A stretch of 64,000 nt of DNA from Geosiphon pyriformis uo1 (Eukaryota; Fungi; Glomeromycota). Location of the stretch: positions 434,001 through 498,000 of the forward strand of contig JAAOMT010000690.1 in NCBI GenBank assembly GCA_016748015.1, written 5' to 3'. Positions within the stretch are counted from its first letter, which is position 1. Each line of letters opens with the position of its first letter. The notes beneath the pieces are model-generated. The model made no database searches, was not told the DNA's origin, and saw nothing but the letters and a program-made list of their open reading frames with translations. Shown piece by piece: positions 27,281-38,563 of the stretch. The translations under genes and the position numbers were made by a program.

Positions 27281-27689
27281 TACAATAGTGACAGCTTTAA
27301 AATTGATTGTTTAGTAATAATGTATAGTTATTTTAATTGTATTATTAAAGTAGTTAATATCTTTATTATTGCTATTATTGTTGATTGGTAAAGTAATTTT
27401 TGACTTTTTTTGTTAATTAATTAATTTTTTTTTCAGCTGTTGAGCTGGTTTTTCCAATTGCAAAATTCACAAGTTTGGTACAGTTAGTTTTTTTTATTGC
27501 TATTTATAGGCCTTTGTATATTGAATAACAGCAGCTAAGTTCAGTATTACTATAATAATCAATAATGATATTACTAAACATATATATAAAATATTAAAAG
27601 TAACTGGTTGGTTTTTGTCAATACAGTTGTTGTTTAGAGATTGTTTTTTGGTTTTAATTTTGGGTTTATATGCTGGCATCACTTTAAAA

Positions 27690-29042
27690 AAAAAGCTGGC
27701 TTAGTTTTATAATGTTAATTTAATAATAGCTAATGTTCTAAATAATAATATATTTATAATTCTCAAAAGTAATTTCAATAAAAATAATTTTGATTACAGT
27801 ATAAATTTCAAAAAAATTTTGAATTTGAATCTATCTAACTCTTTTAATGGTTTTCTATTATATAAACTCTTTATGTAGTCTAATTCTAAAGGAGTTAAAA
27901 AATACATAAACTTTATTTTAGTTAGTATTAATCTTTAAAGTTTAAACTTTAATCAGCAAGTTTACTGTTCAGATGAGTTTTTTGATACTAATTACTTGGT
28001 TATTTTAGTAAATATTAGTTTGAAAAGTTTTTTCAATTCTTAGCTTAATTCAATATATAAGCAAACTATAAAAAATAGATAGAAGTTTAAGGTTAGTAAT
28101 ATTAATAAAGAGATTTGAGAAAAATTTGAAAATATATTATGGCTGTTGTTTTAATTGTTGTTAATGTTTTTAATAAATATAAGAAAAGACATGATCTTAA
28201 TAAAATATAACAATTGCTTTATCAGATAATGTGCTTTGTTGCTAATACTACTCTTTTGAAAACATAATACTAGAACAATAAAGTAGTCAAATATGCTGTA
28301 TTTTTTAAGTTTTACAAATGAAAACTATTAGTATTAAAAATCTTAAAAATATATAGGTCAAAAAATTTGGAAATGTTTTAGACTTTACTTAACAAATAGA
28401 TTTGTTTAGATTTTAACCAAACAGCAGAATTCAGAAAATTTTTTAATAATAATAATAACAAGATTATAATTGAATAATTGTTAGCTTATTTTAAGAAAAC
28501 TTATAGATTTCATAAGATATTAAAAGCTAAAGCTGTTAAGAATTCTCATGTTAAAACTGTCATTACCAAATATATAAAAGTTTTTGCTGATAATAAAAGT
28601 TAAATAATAAGAAGTATGTTAAAAAAACTTTTTAGAAAAGTTATCCTAAATTATTTGGTTGACAATAATAAATTGGTTTTAAAGTCTGATAAGTCAAATA
28701 TAAAATTGATTTAATAATGAAAAATTGAACCAAAAAACATGTAATTAAATTCAATAATTTTTTTTATTGGCAGAAACAATCCATATTTCTTGGTTATGTT
28801 ACAAATAATACATTTTTTAGTGTAATGTTTTATATTGGTTTTGATCAGTTTTTGTCAATAATTAGGAATCTTCCTAATAGTAAAGCTGCTGGACTGTTTA
28901 GTATTCTTAACAAATTGTGGAAGCATTGTAACAAGTTTGTTTTAAAGTGTTTTTTGTGTTTGCTCAACTTGTGCTTAGTGGCTAAATCAGTTTTTGATGT
29001 CTAAATATCTATGATTCTAAAATCTTATAAATAAAAGGATAT
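27690..29042 (+). mobile_element. Degenerate LINE ORF2 fragment (end of endonuclease to start of RT)
   Basis: Reads KAAGLFSILNKLWKHCNKFVLKCFLCLLNLCL and ISMILKSYK, matching the full-length LINE at ~12530-12710. Overall it corresponds to ~13880-12520 of that element. Confidence 0.85.
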
Positions 29043-31592
29043 TATTACTCATAGAAAAAAAAATACCAGAAAAAATAAGAAAAATAGATCATAAAACAGA
29101 CCAATAGAAGAATAATACTTAATGAATAAGCATATTTTTAGAAATAAGCATATTTTCAAAAAGTAGTATAGAAAAAGTTTAGAAATATGTAAGATTTTGT
29201 ACAATACAAATTATATATATATAACAAAAATATTAAAAGCAGTAAAAACAGTAACAACTAATTAATAATTAGCAAATATTTTTTTCTTTAAAAGATAATT
29301 TTCTATAACTTAAAGTGCAATCATAATTATATCAATAAAAATATTTATTATTATCCAATTCATATTGTTATTGCTTGATTAAAAAATATTAATTACTTCT
29401 ACACTATTAATAATCTATGTTGATAAAATTTAATACTTAATTATATTAGACCAATAGCTCTTGATTATAGCTATTAACAAGATATTAATTTTTTATTTCT
29501 TTTCTTATTTTTTTTTAATTTTTTTTAATTTTTGTTTTTTTGTTGTTTATTAATTAATTAAAAAATTAAGTACTAAATAATTAACATTATGAATAACTTG
29601 GTGCTCTTTGTAAGATATAATTTAACAGAAAACTAGCATTAACATTAAATATTTGAAAAAATAGCAGAATTAGAAGTAATAGAAACAAACCATTTAAAAT
29701 TCACCAAATTTTTATTTCAATTATATCAACAATAGTTAGAATTAACCAGCAACCATTTTCCAGTTGAATTAGTTTTTAATTTTTATATTAACAAGAGAAT
29801 TATATATTTTTTAAAAAACAAGCAGATTTTAAATTAGCAAGAGAAAATTTCTATAATAAATTATTTTAATACAATAGTTTATTATTGAAATCAATTGCAA
29901 AATTAGAAGATATATTTAGCAAAGTTTTCAATAATATTTGCAGATAAAGACAAAAACAAAATATAAATATTAGCAAATACTGCCTAACTGAAAAAAACCC
30001 AGAATCGTTTTTTCAATACATTTATTATATTATCATATCCTTGAAAATACTATTAACATATTATCAGGATTTACATCATTAGCAATTATAAAGATATTTG
30101 TAACTTAAGTTTTGTTTCAAAATAATCAAGAAAAAACCAAATTATTAAGAACAAATAGCATTTATTTCAAAGAATTTAAATTATGACCAACAATACTATT
30201 AGAACTTTAATTACTACTATTTTAACCAAATTTCAGATCTATCAATAATTGGACAGAAACTGAATCAAAAAAAAAGATAACAATCAAGAAATTAATAATC
30301 AAAACCTGATTCTAAATAATATGGAAGTCCAAATTCTGATTGTTTAAACTCAGCAAAACTCAAACAATTCAAACCTTGCTCTTATTTTTCAATAAAACTT
30401 ATTTTTAGTTATCTTAATTAATTAATTGTTAATAGCACTAATTATTACTCATTAACAACCACAACAACAATTAGTATTTACACTAATAGTATATATACTT
30501 ATTATCAAATTAGAAAAATTTACCAGTAAAAAAAAACAATATTTAAGTATAACTAAACAATATAGCAAAAGCCATTGAAACCAATAGATAGAATAATATC
30601 AAAGCTTTTTAAGCAATTTTTTACTTCTTATAAAATATAGCCAACTTGTGATATTAGAATTTTGTAAACAAATTCCAAGATTTTAATGCATTCAAAACTA
30701 TATTTTTACAATATTTTAGTAATCATAACAATATTAATTACTTGTTAACTAACTTTATTATAATTAAGCAAAATAATAATAAAGCAGTCACCACTTACTT
30801 GAAATACTTCCATAGAAATCTGCACCAAATCCAAGCAATTAATACTGATTAATTTATAGTACTACAGATTTTGAATTAATTTATTTATAGATTATGTAGT
30901 AGTTTTTTATAACAAGTATGACCATTACATCCAAATACTTTTTAAGATACAATTATACATGCCAAAAATTTTAAATTAACTAAACTCAAAGCCAATTATG
31001 CCCAAGCTATAAATCTAGTAATAAACAGATCATTTGAATTAGATATCAAATTAAAGCAATTTGGAAAAACAATTATTAGAAAATCAAAAAATACTTAGTT
31101 AGCAATTAAATAATCTATTAGTTTTTATAATATTATAACAATTAAAAAAACTTTAATTATTTTCATAATTAGTTGTGTTTATTATTATATTTAGCAAATC
31201 AATTATAATAGCAAAAAACATGCAATTATTATTATTGTAATAAACAAGACTATTTAAAAGCAGATTGTTATACCAGATTTAATAATTCATAATTAAAAAA
31301 TCAATATTAAAATTTTGATTACAGGTTTTAAACTCAGAATTATATCAACAATTTGTTATTAAAACAATACCAATATCAATTATATTATGTACTATTAATA
31401 CAGTAACTCATATACTTATTTTCAATCTATTAAACTTTAGTACTAATAATATATTAATTACAATTACAAGTTATTTATTAACTCCAACAAATTTAAGTAT
31501 TATTCCAAATTCCAACTTAATTATTAATTGAAAACCAAAGACTAAGAATTAATTACATCCAACTAACTTGAAAATTAACAATAATAATACAC

Positions 31593-32294
31593 TATTATTC
31601 ATAAAAATAAGAATTAAAAAATTTTAAGGAATCTTGTATAATACAAATTATATATATATAGTAAAAATATTAAAAACAAAAAAAAGAACAATAGTTAGAA
31701 ACAAGTAATTAACCAATACTTTTTTCTTCAAAAGATAGTTTTCTATAACTTAAAAGAAAATTATATTCATATTAATAAAAATATTTATTACTATTTAATT
31801 TATGTTATCATTGTTTGATTAAAAAATATTAATTATTTTCATACTATTAACAATTTATGTTGATAAAATTTAATACTTAATCATATTAGACCAATAGCTC
31901 TTGATCATAACTATTGACAGAATACTAATTTTTTATTTTATTTTTTATTTTTTTTTATTTTGTTTTATTTGTTGTTTACTAATTGATTAAGAGATTAAAT
32001 ACTAAATAATTAACATCAAAAATAGTCTGATAAAAGATTTATAAAACAAAAATAAAAAAACTTAAGAATAGCTTACCAAAAAAACATAATTGTCAAATTA
32101 AACTGGTCATTATATTGAAGACAAAAATTAGGAAAAATTATTAATTAAATCTTTGTCTATTATACAAAAAGCTCAACTAAAACCTTTAGATTACAAAACT
32201 TTTTAGAAATTATTATCATCAACATCAACAATTATTAAGCATTAAGTTACAGGTTTGTTATTTGTTTTAACACCCCAAATAATTATTTGTAATA
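31593..32294 (+). mobile_element. Solo LTR (C family) inserted in element C
   Basis: 31630-32017 is a direct repeat of 29195-29588. Ends are TATTATTCATA and TGTAATA. Flanks ACAC/GTAC are both one transition away from GCAC. Confidence 0.75.
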
Positions 32295-33219
32295 GTACTA
32301 ACTAATTTTTAGTTTATTAAACCAGTCGGCAGAATTATGTTAGTGGTATTTAAAAAGTAAGTATGTTCAAAACTAAATTCTTAAAACTATTTAAACCTCT
32401 TGGTTACTTCAAAAAATACCTAATCTAACAACTTAAAACTACTAGCAACTGTCATTAAAAACAAATTATTTGTTATCATATTTTTTTTGAATAAGAAAAC
32501 TAAATAAAAACACTATTATTCAGTAAAATCATTTTTAACACTAAACTAATTACTGCAATATATATTGATGTCAAAATTAATGGCCAAGCTATCAAATTAA
32601 TTCTTAATAATGGTTTAGCAAGCAGTATTATCACATAACAACTCATAGACTAATTAGATTATTAAATTAATTAAGTTGTCAGCATTAAAATTATTATTAC
32701 TAATAGAATAATTAAGACTTTTATTAGTGAAATTAATAATTTTTCTTACAAAATTAATGATATTATTGTGTTAATAAAAGTTTTTGTTATAAAAGCCATA
32801 CAGTATTAAGCTCTTATTGATAATAACTGGCTGTTTAAAACCAATACTGTACTTAACTGAAACATCCAAAAGCTTCAGCTAATATGTGATGATTAATATA
32901 CTTGAGTACCTATTATTTATAGATGCTTTAAAGCTCTTTTAAAAGAGCAACTATTGATTAAGTTAAAGAAAAAAAAATAAAAACTGACCTAAGAAGCCTA
33001 TTAAGTTTCATAAACTGAAAATAAACACAACAAATTATTATAAATACTCTCTTGAAAAGAAAAAGATAAAAAAAAAAGAACAAATTGCAAATTATTATTT
33101 CTACAGAAAAAACATTCAACAATTAAAACATTTCATACTTAATACTATTACAGATAATTATTTGAAGTCTAAAAACAATAATAAACTCATAATTTAGTGC
33201 TTAATAACTTATATAGTAT

Positions 33220-33837
33220 TGTTACGGGTTGGAGTAACAAGCTAACGGATAGCAAAAGAGAACAGTATTGTATGGTGATGGAAATAAAAAAAGAAGGAAT
33301 TACAATAAGGGAGTGAATTGAATAAGTAAGAATTCAATGTGCGTGATCAGTCTCATAAAAATCACAGTCGCTAATCTTTTCTTAAATCTGAAGGTAAAGG
33401 AATAGTCCATGATTGTCAACAAGATAACACCGTTGCTATTATTCTATGTCTCAACTCAGCGATTCTTAGAATCAATAACAGGTATTGTTGTACTTTTCAA
33501 TTGTTTCTTTATTCAATGAATTACAAGAGCAAGCCAATTGCTTCTCAGACTAATTCTAACAAATACAAATCAAGAAAGGGAAAAGATAAGGTATGTGAAT
33601 GCCAACAAATAGATACTTAAAGGTAAGGAAAAGGGAATAAGCGATTATGAAAAGAAGTAATTAATATTGTTTATTTCGTTACTTTGATCATGTCTTTCTA
33701 CAGCTAAGAGAATCATTGCTTATATAGCTATCTAAAGTGGTCAACGATCACTATCTAAAAATAGGGTGGCTAATTATATGACATCAGTGGCTAATACATG
33801 TGATAATTAATAAAAACTATGTATTTCAACCGTAATA
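33220..33837 (-). repeat. 3' LTR of element D (618 bp)
   Basis: Direct repeat of 40157-40882 apart from a 108-bp indel; lies next to the PPT. Confidence 0.96.
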
Positions 33838-34559
33838 TCATCCTCTCCAAAGAGATTGAGCTCCGGCGAAATCAAACTATTTATGAGATAGTCTATGTGA
33901 AGGGTTTTGTCTAACTCAAAACTAACTAGTTTGTTGAAGTCTTTTGTGGATAGAGTATATAGTACTTGAGGCGAAATAAGCTTTGTATCCAAGAGACCAA
34001 ATCTTTGTATAAGAGTTTTGGCTTTTCTTGCAATGGTCAAAACTCTTGGGACATCTAAACGTATAATGCCCAAAATTTCAACTTGTATTTCTGAAGTTGT
34101 TTTCTTCATGAGCTTTATGTTTTCTATGATTTCACCAAGACAACCATAAAGTTCTAGTTGTCTTCTATATGACAAGTTTTTGTCTATGGGCAAGATTTCT
34201 TGTATTGTTTTTCCAATTGTGCTGGAAGGTGAAAGTATCACTACTGTTATGCTTTTCAGCAGGTATTTATCCAATTTGCCACCAATTCTTTCTTTTCTGG
34301 TAGTTGTTTTCTTTGGTCTAATAACAGTATGAGTTCCACTGTTGTCTGTTATAGTGGTTTGTTTTCCGATAGTCAGAGTAGCATTTGGATAGTTCTTAAT
34401 CCAGTACTCATGGAGAGTATAAAAAGTGTTTTGAATGTTTTGATCCAGGAAATAATTGTTCATGTCAATTGAAGATACCTCTGTTTTGGAAATAGTGCAT
34501 TTATTTATATCTAATTTTTGCTGATCATTTGGGTCAGTATTACCACAACAGGTAACCAA
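33807..34559 (-). CDS. Uninterrupted extra ORF (ORF3) downstream of integrase in element D; unknown function; first ATG at MNNYFLDQ gives ~218 aa
   Basis: A 250-codon open frame on the element strand. It overlaps the end of IN, runs through the PPT and stops 30 nt inside the LTR. No signal peptide or transmembrane segment is evident. Confidence 0.7.
   Translation of the reverse strand: MVTCCGNTDPNDQQKLDINKCTISKTEVSSIDMNNYFLDQNIQNTFYTLHEYWIKNYPNATLTIGKQTTITDNSGTHTVIRPKKTTTRKERIGGKLDKYLLKSITVVILSPSSTIGKTIQEILPIDKNLSYRRQLELYGCLGEIIENIKLMKKTTSEIQVEILGIIRLDVPRVLTIARKAKTLIQRFGLLDTKLISPQVLYTLSTKDFNKLVSFELDKTLHIDYLINSLISPELNLFGEDDITVEIHSFY
33838..33849 (-). other. Polypurine tract of element D
   Basis: The minus strand reads GGAGAGGATGA immediately before the 3' LTR. 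Confidence 0.85.
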
Positions 34560-37500
34560 TCAGGTCGTTTGTGATATTTCTTGAGTCGCGTACCATGAAC
34601 AGGGCAATCACTGAATATTGTTTCATATTGATCTTGTAAAATATAAGAACCATTGTTCAAAACCTTGTTGACTATAAAGGATCTTTTCCACCAGCTAGAG
34701 AATTTATCACCATAGACATTGTCTTTGTCTGAATGGTATTCCAAAACTAAGTCACCAATACTTAAGGAAAGTGTTTTATAGGTCTTTTTCTTTTTGAGCT
34801 TCTCTTGGAACTGTTTTATCTTTTTAAAGGCAATTATCCGTGCTTCTACTAATAAGTCAAGAATGGTATCAAGTCTTCTTTGCAAAATGTCTTTGTAATC
34901 TCCTATTGTTATTTCTTTAAAAGGTATTGTTTCTATATCCATTTCTATTGGTAGAGTTGCCATTCATCCATAGAGCAGATAAAAGGGTTTATAACTTGTT
35001 ATGTCATGATTCACAGTTCTGTAAGCAAACAAGGCTGAAGGCAATACTTTGTCCCATAGGTTGGTTTCTTCACTGGTTTTGGTTAGGGTTTCACATAGTG
35101 TTCTATTGAAACGTTCTACTAGGCCATTTGTTTAGAGATGATAAGAAGAAGAGAGTTTATGATGTATTCCCATTTTTCTGCAAAGTTCTTCAACCAGTAT
35201 ACTGAGAAAAGCTCTTCCTCTATCAGATAAAAGTTCTTTGGGGCAGCCGTGGCAACAGATAATATCTTCATAAATGAAATTGGCAATTAAGACTGCTGTT
35301 TGATCTGGAGTGGCTCTTGTTTCTACCCACTTTGTAAGATAGTTGGTAGCTGTAATAATGTATCTGTTGCCATCAGGAGTTACTATTAAAAGTCCAACAA
35401 CATCTATATCAATTCTATCAAATGGTTGACCAATAAAGATTGGATGGATATCTTCCTTGCGATTGGGTTTTCCTCTTTTTTGGCAGATATCACAGGTTTT
35501 GATGTATTCAGCAATGTCTTTTCCCAAGATAGGCCAATAATAGCGAGCTAAAGTTTTCTGAATTGTTTTTGTTTTTCCAAAGTGTCCAGCTAATGGATCA
35601 GTATGCATATTGTAGATCACAATTTCTCTTTCTTCAAATCTAATGACTCTCTAAGGGTGGTCAGGATTTTTTCTATTTCTTTTATATAACTGGTTCTGGT
35701 GAATCAAATAGAAATTTGATTGTTTGTGCAAATGTTTTCTTTGCTGTCGAGTATAGTCCAGCGGGTATTGTCTTTTACCCAAAAATTTCATTAAAGCAGA
35801 GTAGTTGTCCAAGTCCATTATCGTGTTTGTTTGTGGGGGAGTTACAAATAATTAAGTTGGTTTGGTTTAAGAGGGTTTTACTATCACTGGATGGTAAGTC
35901 TAGAGAGAGTGTTGGCATTTTGATGATTAGCTCCTTTGCGGTGTTGAATGTTATAGTCAAATTCGTCCAAGTGAAGTATCCAGCAAGTTATCCGTTTATG
36001 TTCCAGGTTTTTTTTGTTGTGTAGCCAAACCAAAGCTTGATGATCTGTTACCACCAAAAATTTCACACCTTTAAGATATTTGTCCCAGTAGCTGGTAGCC
36101 CAAACTACTGCTAAGCATTCTTGCTCAGTGACTGAGTAGTTTTTTTCTGCTGGTGTGAGAGTTCTACTGGCATATGCTATGACATGTTCCCTGCCATCTT
36201 CGTCTTTCTGAGAAAGAACAGCACCAAGTCCATAGCCAGATGTATCAGTGTGGAGGAAAAAAGGTTGATCCAAATTAGGTTGCATGAGGATGGGTTCTGT
36301 AACCAGTTTTTCCTTCAGAATTTCAAATGCTTTTTGTTGATGAGTGTCCCAGTGATAATTGATGTTTTTCCTAAGTAGCTGATTAAGAGGAGCAGCAATT
36401 TTGGAGAAATCCTTGACAAACTTGTGATAATAAGAGGCCAAACCAAGAAAAGAGTGTAGTTCATGAACATTCATTGGTTGTCTAATGTTTTGAACTTTTT
36501 CAATTTTGGCTGGATCAGGAAAGATTCCATCTTTTGTAATAAGATGGCCAAGGAACTGGGTGGATTAACATTCAAAGAATGATTTGATTGGATTGATCTT
36601 GAGACCAGTATTTCTAAGGAGGTCAAAAACCTTTTGCAAATGTTCAAGGTGTTCATCCCAGGTTTTTGAGTATACCATTATGTTGTCCAAATAGACTAGA
36701 ACAAAGTTTTTTTTACTGATTCAAATACTTTGTCCATTAAGCATTGAAAGATGGGAGGAGCATTTGTGAGACCAAAAGGCATGACTGTGAACTCGTAGGT
36801 ACCATACTTGGTAATGAAAGCAGTTTTCTTTCTGCTTTCTGGATCCATTTCTACTTGCCAGAATCCAGCAGTTAAGTCAATGGTTGAGAAGAAAGCGGCA
36901 CCATAAAATTGGTCTAGCATTGCATCAATCTTGAGAAGTGGATATATGTCTCTTTCAGTAATGGCATTTAATTGGCGATAGTCAACACAAAAGCGTAGGG
37001 TTCCTTCTTTCTTGGATACCACTACAACTGGGAATGCCCATTCACTCTTGGTTTCCTGTATGAATCCAAGGGTTTTCATTCAGGTTATTTCCTTTTTGAT
37101 AAACTTATCATTGTGACGGTTGGATTGATAGGGCTTCAAATAGATGGGACAAGTTTCTCTGGTGATAATGGTGTGTTGTATCACATGTGTATGTCCAGGA
37201 AGTTCACCTTCTTTTGAGATAACTGGGCTGTTTCTAGCCAGCAGGTTTTCAATGTCTACTTTTCTTTCTTCTGGAGAGGGTTCTCTTTGTTCTACAACCA
37301 GTCATTGGATTTCAGGTGGTTTGTTTTCAAAGGACTTTTGGACTTCTTTTATTTCCTCTTGGGGTATCAAGCTGATTGGTTCCCAATTTTTGTAATAGAT
37401 CAGGCAAGACATGCATTCATTGCTAGGAGAGTACAATGGTTTGTCGCACCAGTACCGGGCACAAGGACCATGCCACCAATAACTGTATTTGGCTTTCTGT

Positions 37501-38563
37501 CAAAGGTTCTTCTGAGCATGTCATAATAAGGCCAGCAGATCAGCTTGTCATTGACAATGATTCCTTTTTTATCTGCCTTGACATTATCCAATGGTTTGCC
37601 ATTGCTAATGAAAATGGTATAGGCGAGTTCAGCAGTTTTTTCTTGTTCTTTTTGTTTTTCTTCTTCCTCACTTTCTTCATCATCTGATTCATCTGATTCA
37701 TTTTCTTCTGGGCTTTGCTTGGGTACTGGGGGAGTTGTCCAATGGCGACATTTAACCACAATGGGTTTCTCACCACATCTGATGGTTAGTTCACAGAGTT
37801 CATAATCAAGCAAAATCTTTGCTTTCTTGAGCCATTCATTGCCAACAATAATGGTGTATTTTTTTGCTTCAGACACTTCCATATTAGTTTCAATGCTGAT
37901 GCCATTAATGCAAACAGGAATAGCTTTGGCTATGCCAAGCCCTTTCTTCTTATCACCATGCACATTGGTCATTGGTTGTGTGGATGATTCATCAATTTTT
38001 CTGCCAATTGCTTCAAAAAAGTGTTTGGCAATAACACTAATAGACGATCCACTGTCTAGGATCAAATTGATGAAGTAGCCAGCCACTTGGGCTTTACAAA
38101 TTAGAGGAGTAACATTGCTATTGTCAGCAAGTCCAGCTTGGCGAGGGTGTTTGTTGGTTTTGGGTGTCTTTTTCTTTGGAATCAGGGATTTGCGAAGATC
38201 TTTTCTGAATTGTGGATGGGTTATTAATTGGCCAAAGGTTATATGTGCTGGGGTTTCCATAAGATCTTTGATAACAGAATAGGGACCAGATTTTTGTACT
38301 ATTTCTGGGGGTTCTAACTTTGGAGGGTTCTTGAAAACTTTGGCTTTTGGGAGTTCATTGTTGTTAGCAGTTGATGTAGAAGCTTTATTGGGGTCCAGAA
38401 CGAAATCAACTTTGGCTTTCTTCTTCTTTCTTGTGGATTCAGAGGGGTTGATTGCTAATTCATCCATGTCATGGTCATCATTAGTTAAGTTAAAAGCGTA
38501 AAAGGGGTTTTCTTCTGGTTGGCTTGCACTCTCACCCTTTGGAGGTGCACCTACCAGTTTAAA
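34511..38563 (-). pseudogene. pol of element D: protease, Cys-rich linker, RT, RNase H, integrase with GPY/F-like tail
   Basis: PR: LILDSGSS. RT: LRFCVDYRQLN, MPFGLTNAP, VYLDNI. RH: HTDTSGYGLGAVL, EQECLAVVW, TDHQAL. IN: HTDPLAGH...CDIC, DVVG, SDRG, GLVERFN, then KFSSWWKRSFIV...PVHGTRLKKY. Several stops and frameshifts. Confidence 0.95.
38524..38563 (-). promoter_or_regulatory. Putative -1 programmed ribosomal frameshift signal (slippery U UUA AAC plus downstream stem-loop) joining gag and pol
   Basis: The minus strand reads CCT TTA AAC TGG TAG (gag stop). The -1 frame is open into the protease ORF at 38467. TGCAC-CTC...GAG-A-GTGCA can pair 7 nt downstream. Confidence 0.8.

Larger units (their letters stand above)
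18950..27690 (-). mobile_element. Degenerate Ty3/Gypsy element B, 5'-truncated: gag end, protease (duplicated), Cys-rich region, dUTPase, RT, RNase H, integrase, ORF3, PPT, 3' LTR (18950-19925)
   Basis: RT motifs RFCVNY, LDLKSGY, MPFELCN and VYLDNI at ~22900-23350. Integrase pieces YFWPHIQKDI and VDYFTKWLKAKAI...LSNQGTHF at 21450-22110. PPT AAGGAGGAGA precedes TGTTATCAG at 19925. The RT-RH-IN order is Gypsy-type. Confidence 0.9.

Noticed and set aside
29043-32294. A small complete LTR element bounded by the repeats at 29043 and 31593
   Set aside because: There is no PPT before the second repeat, and gag-protease sequence continues after it, so it is better explained as a solo LTR inserted in element C.
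33300-33440. A complete tRNA-Met gene inside the LTR
   Set aside because: Only the anticodon arm and variable-loop blocks match; there is no acceptor stem, D arm or TTCG T-loop.
33807-34559. Calling ORF3 an env gene or a chromodomain
   Set aside because: No signal peptide, transmembrane helix or chromodomain aromatic pattern.
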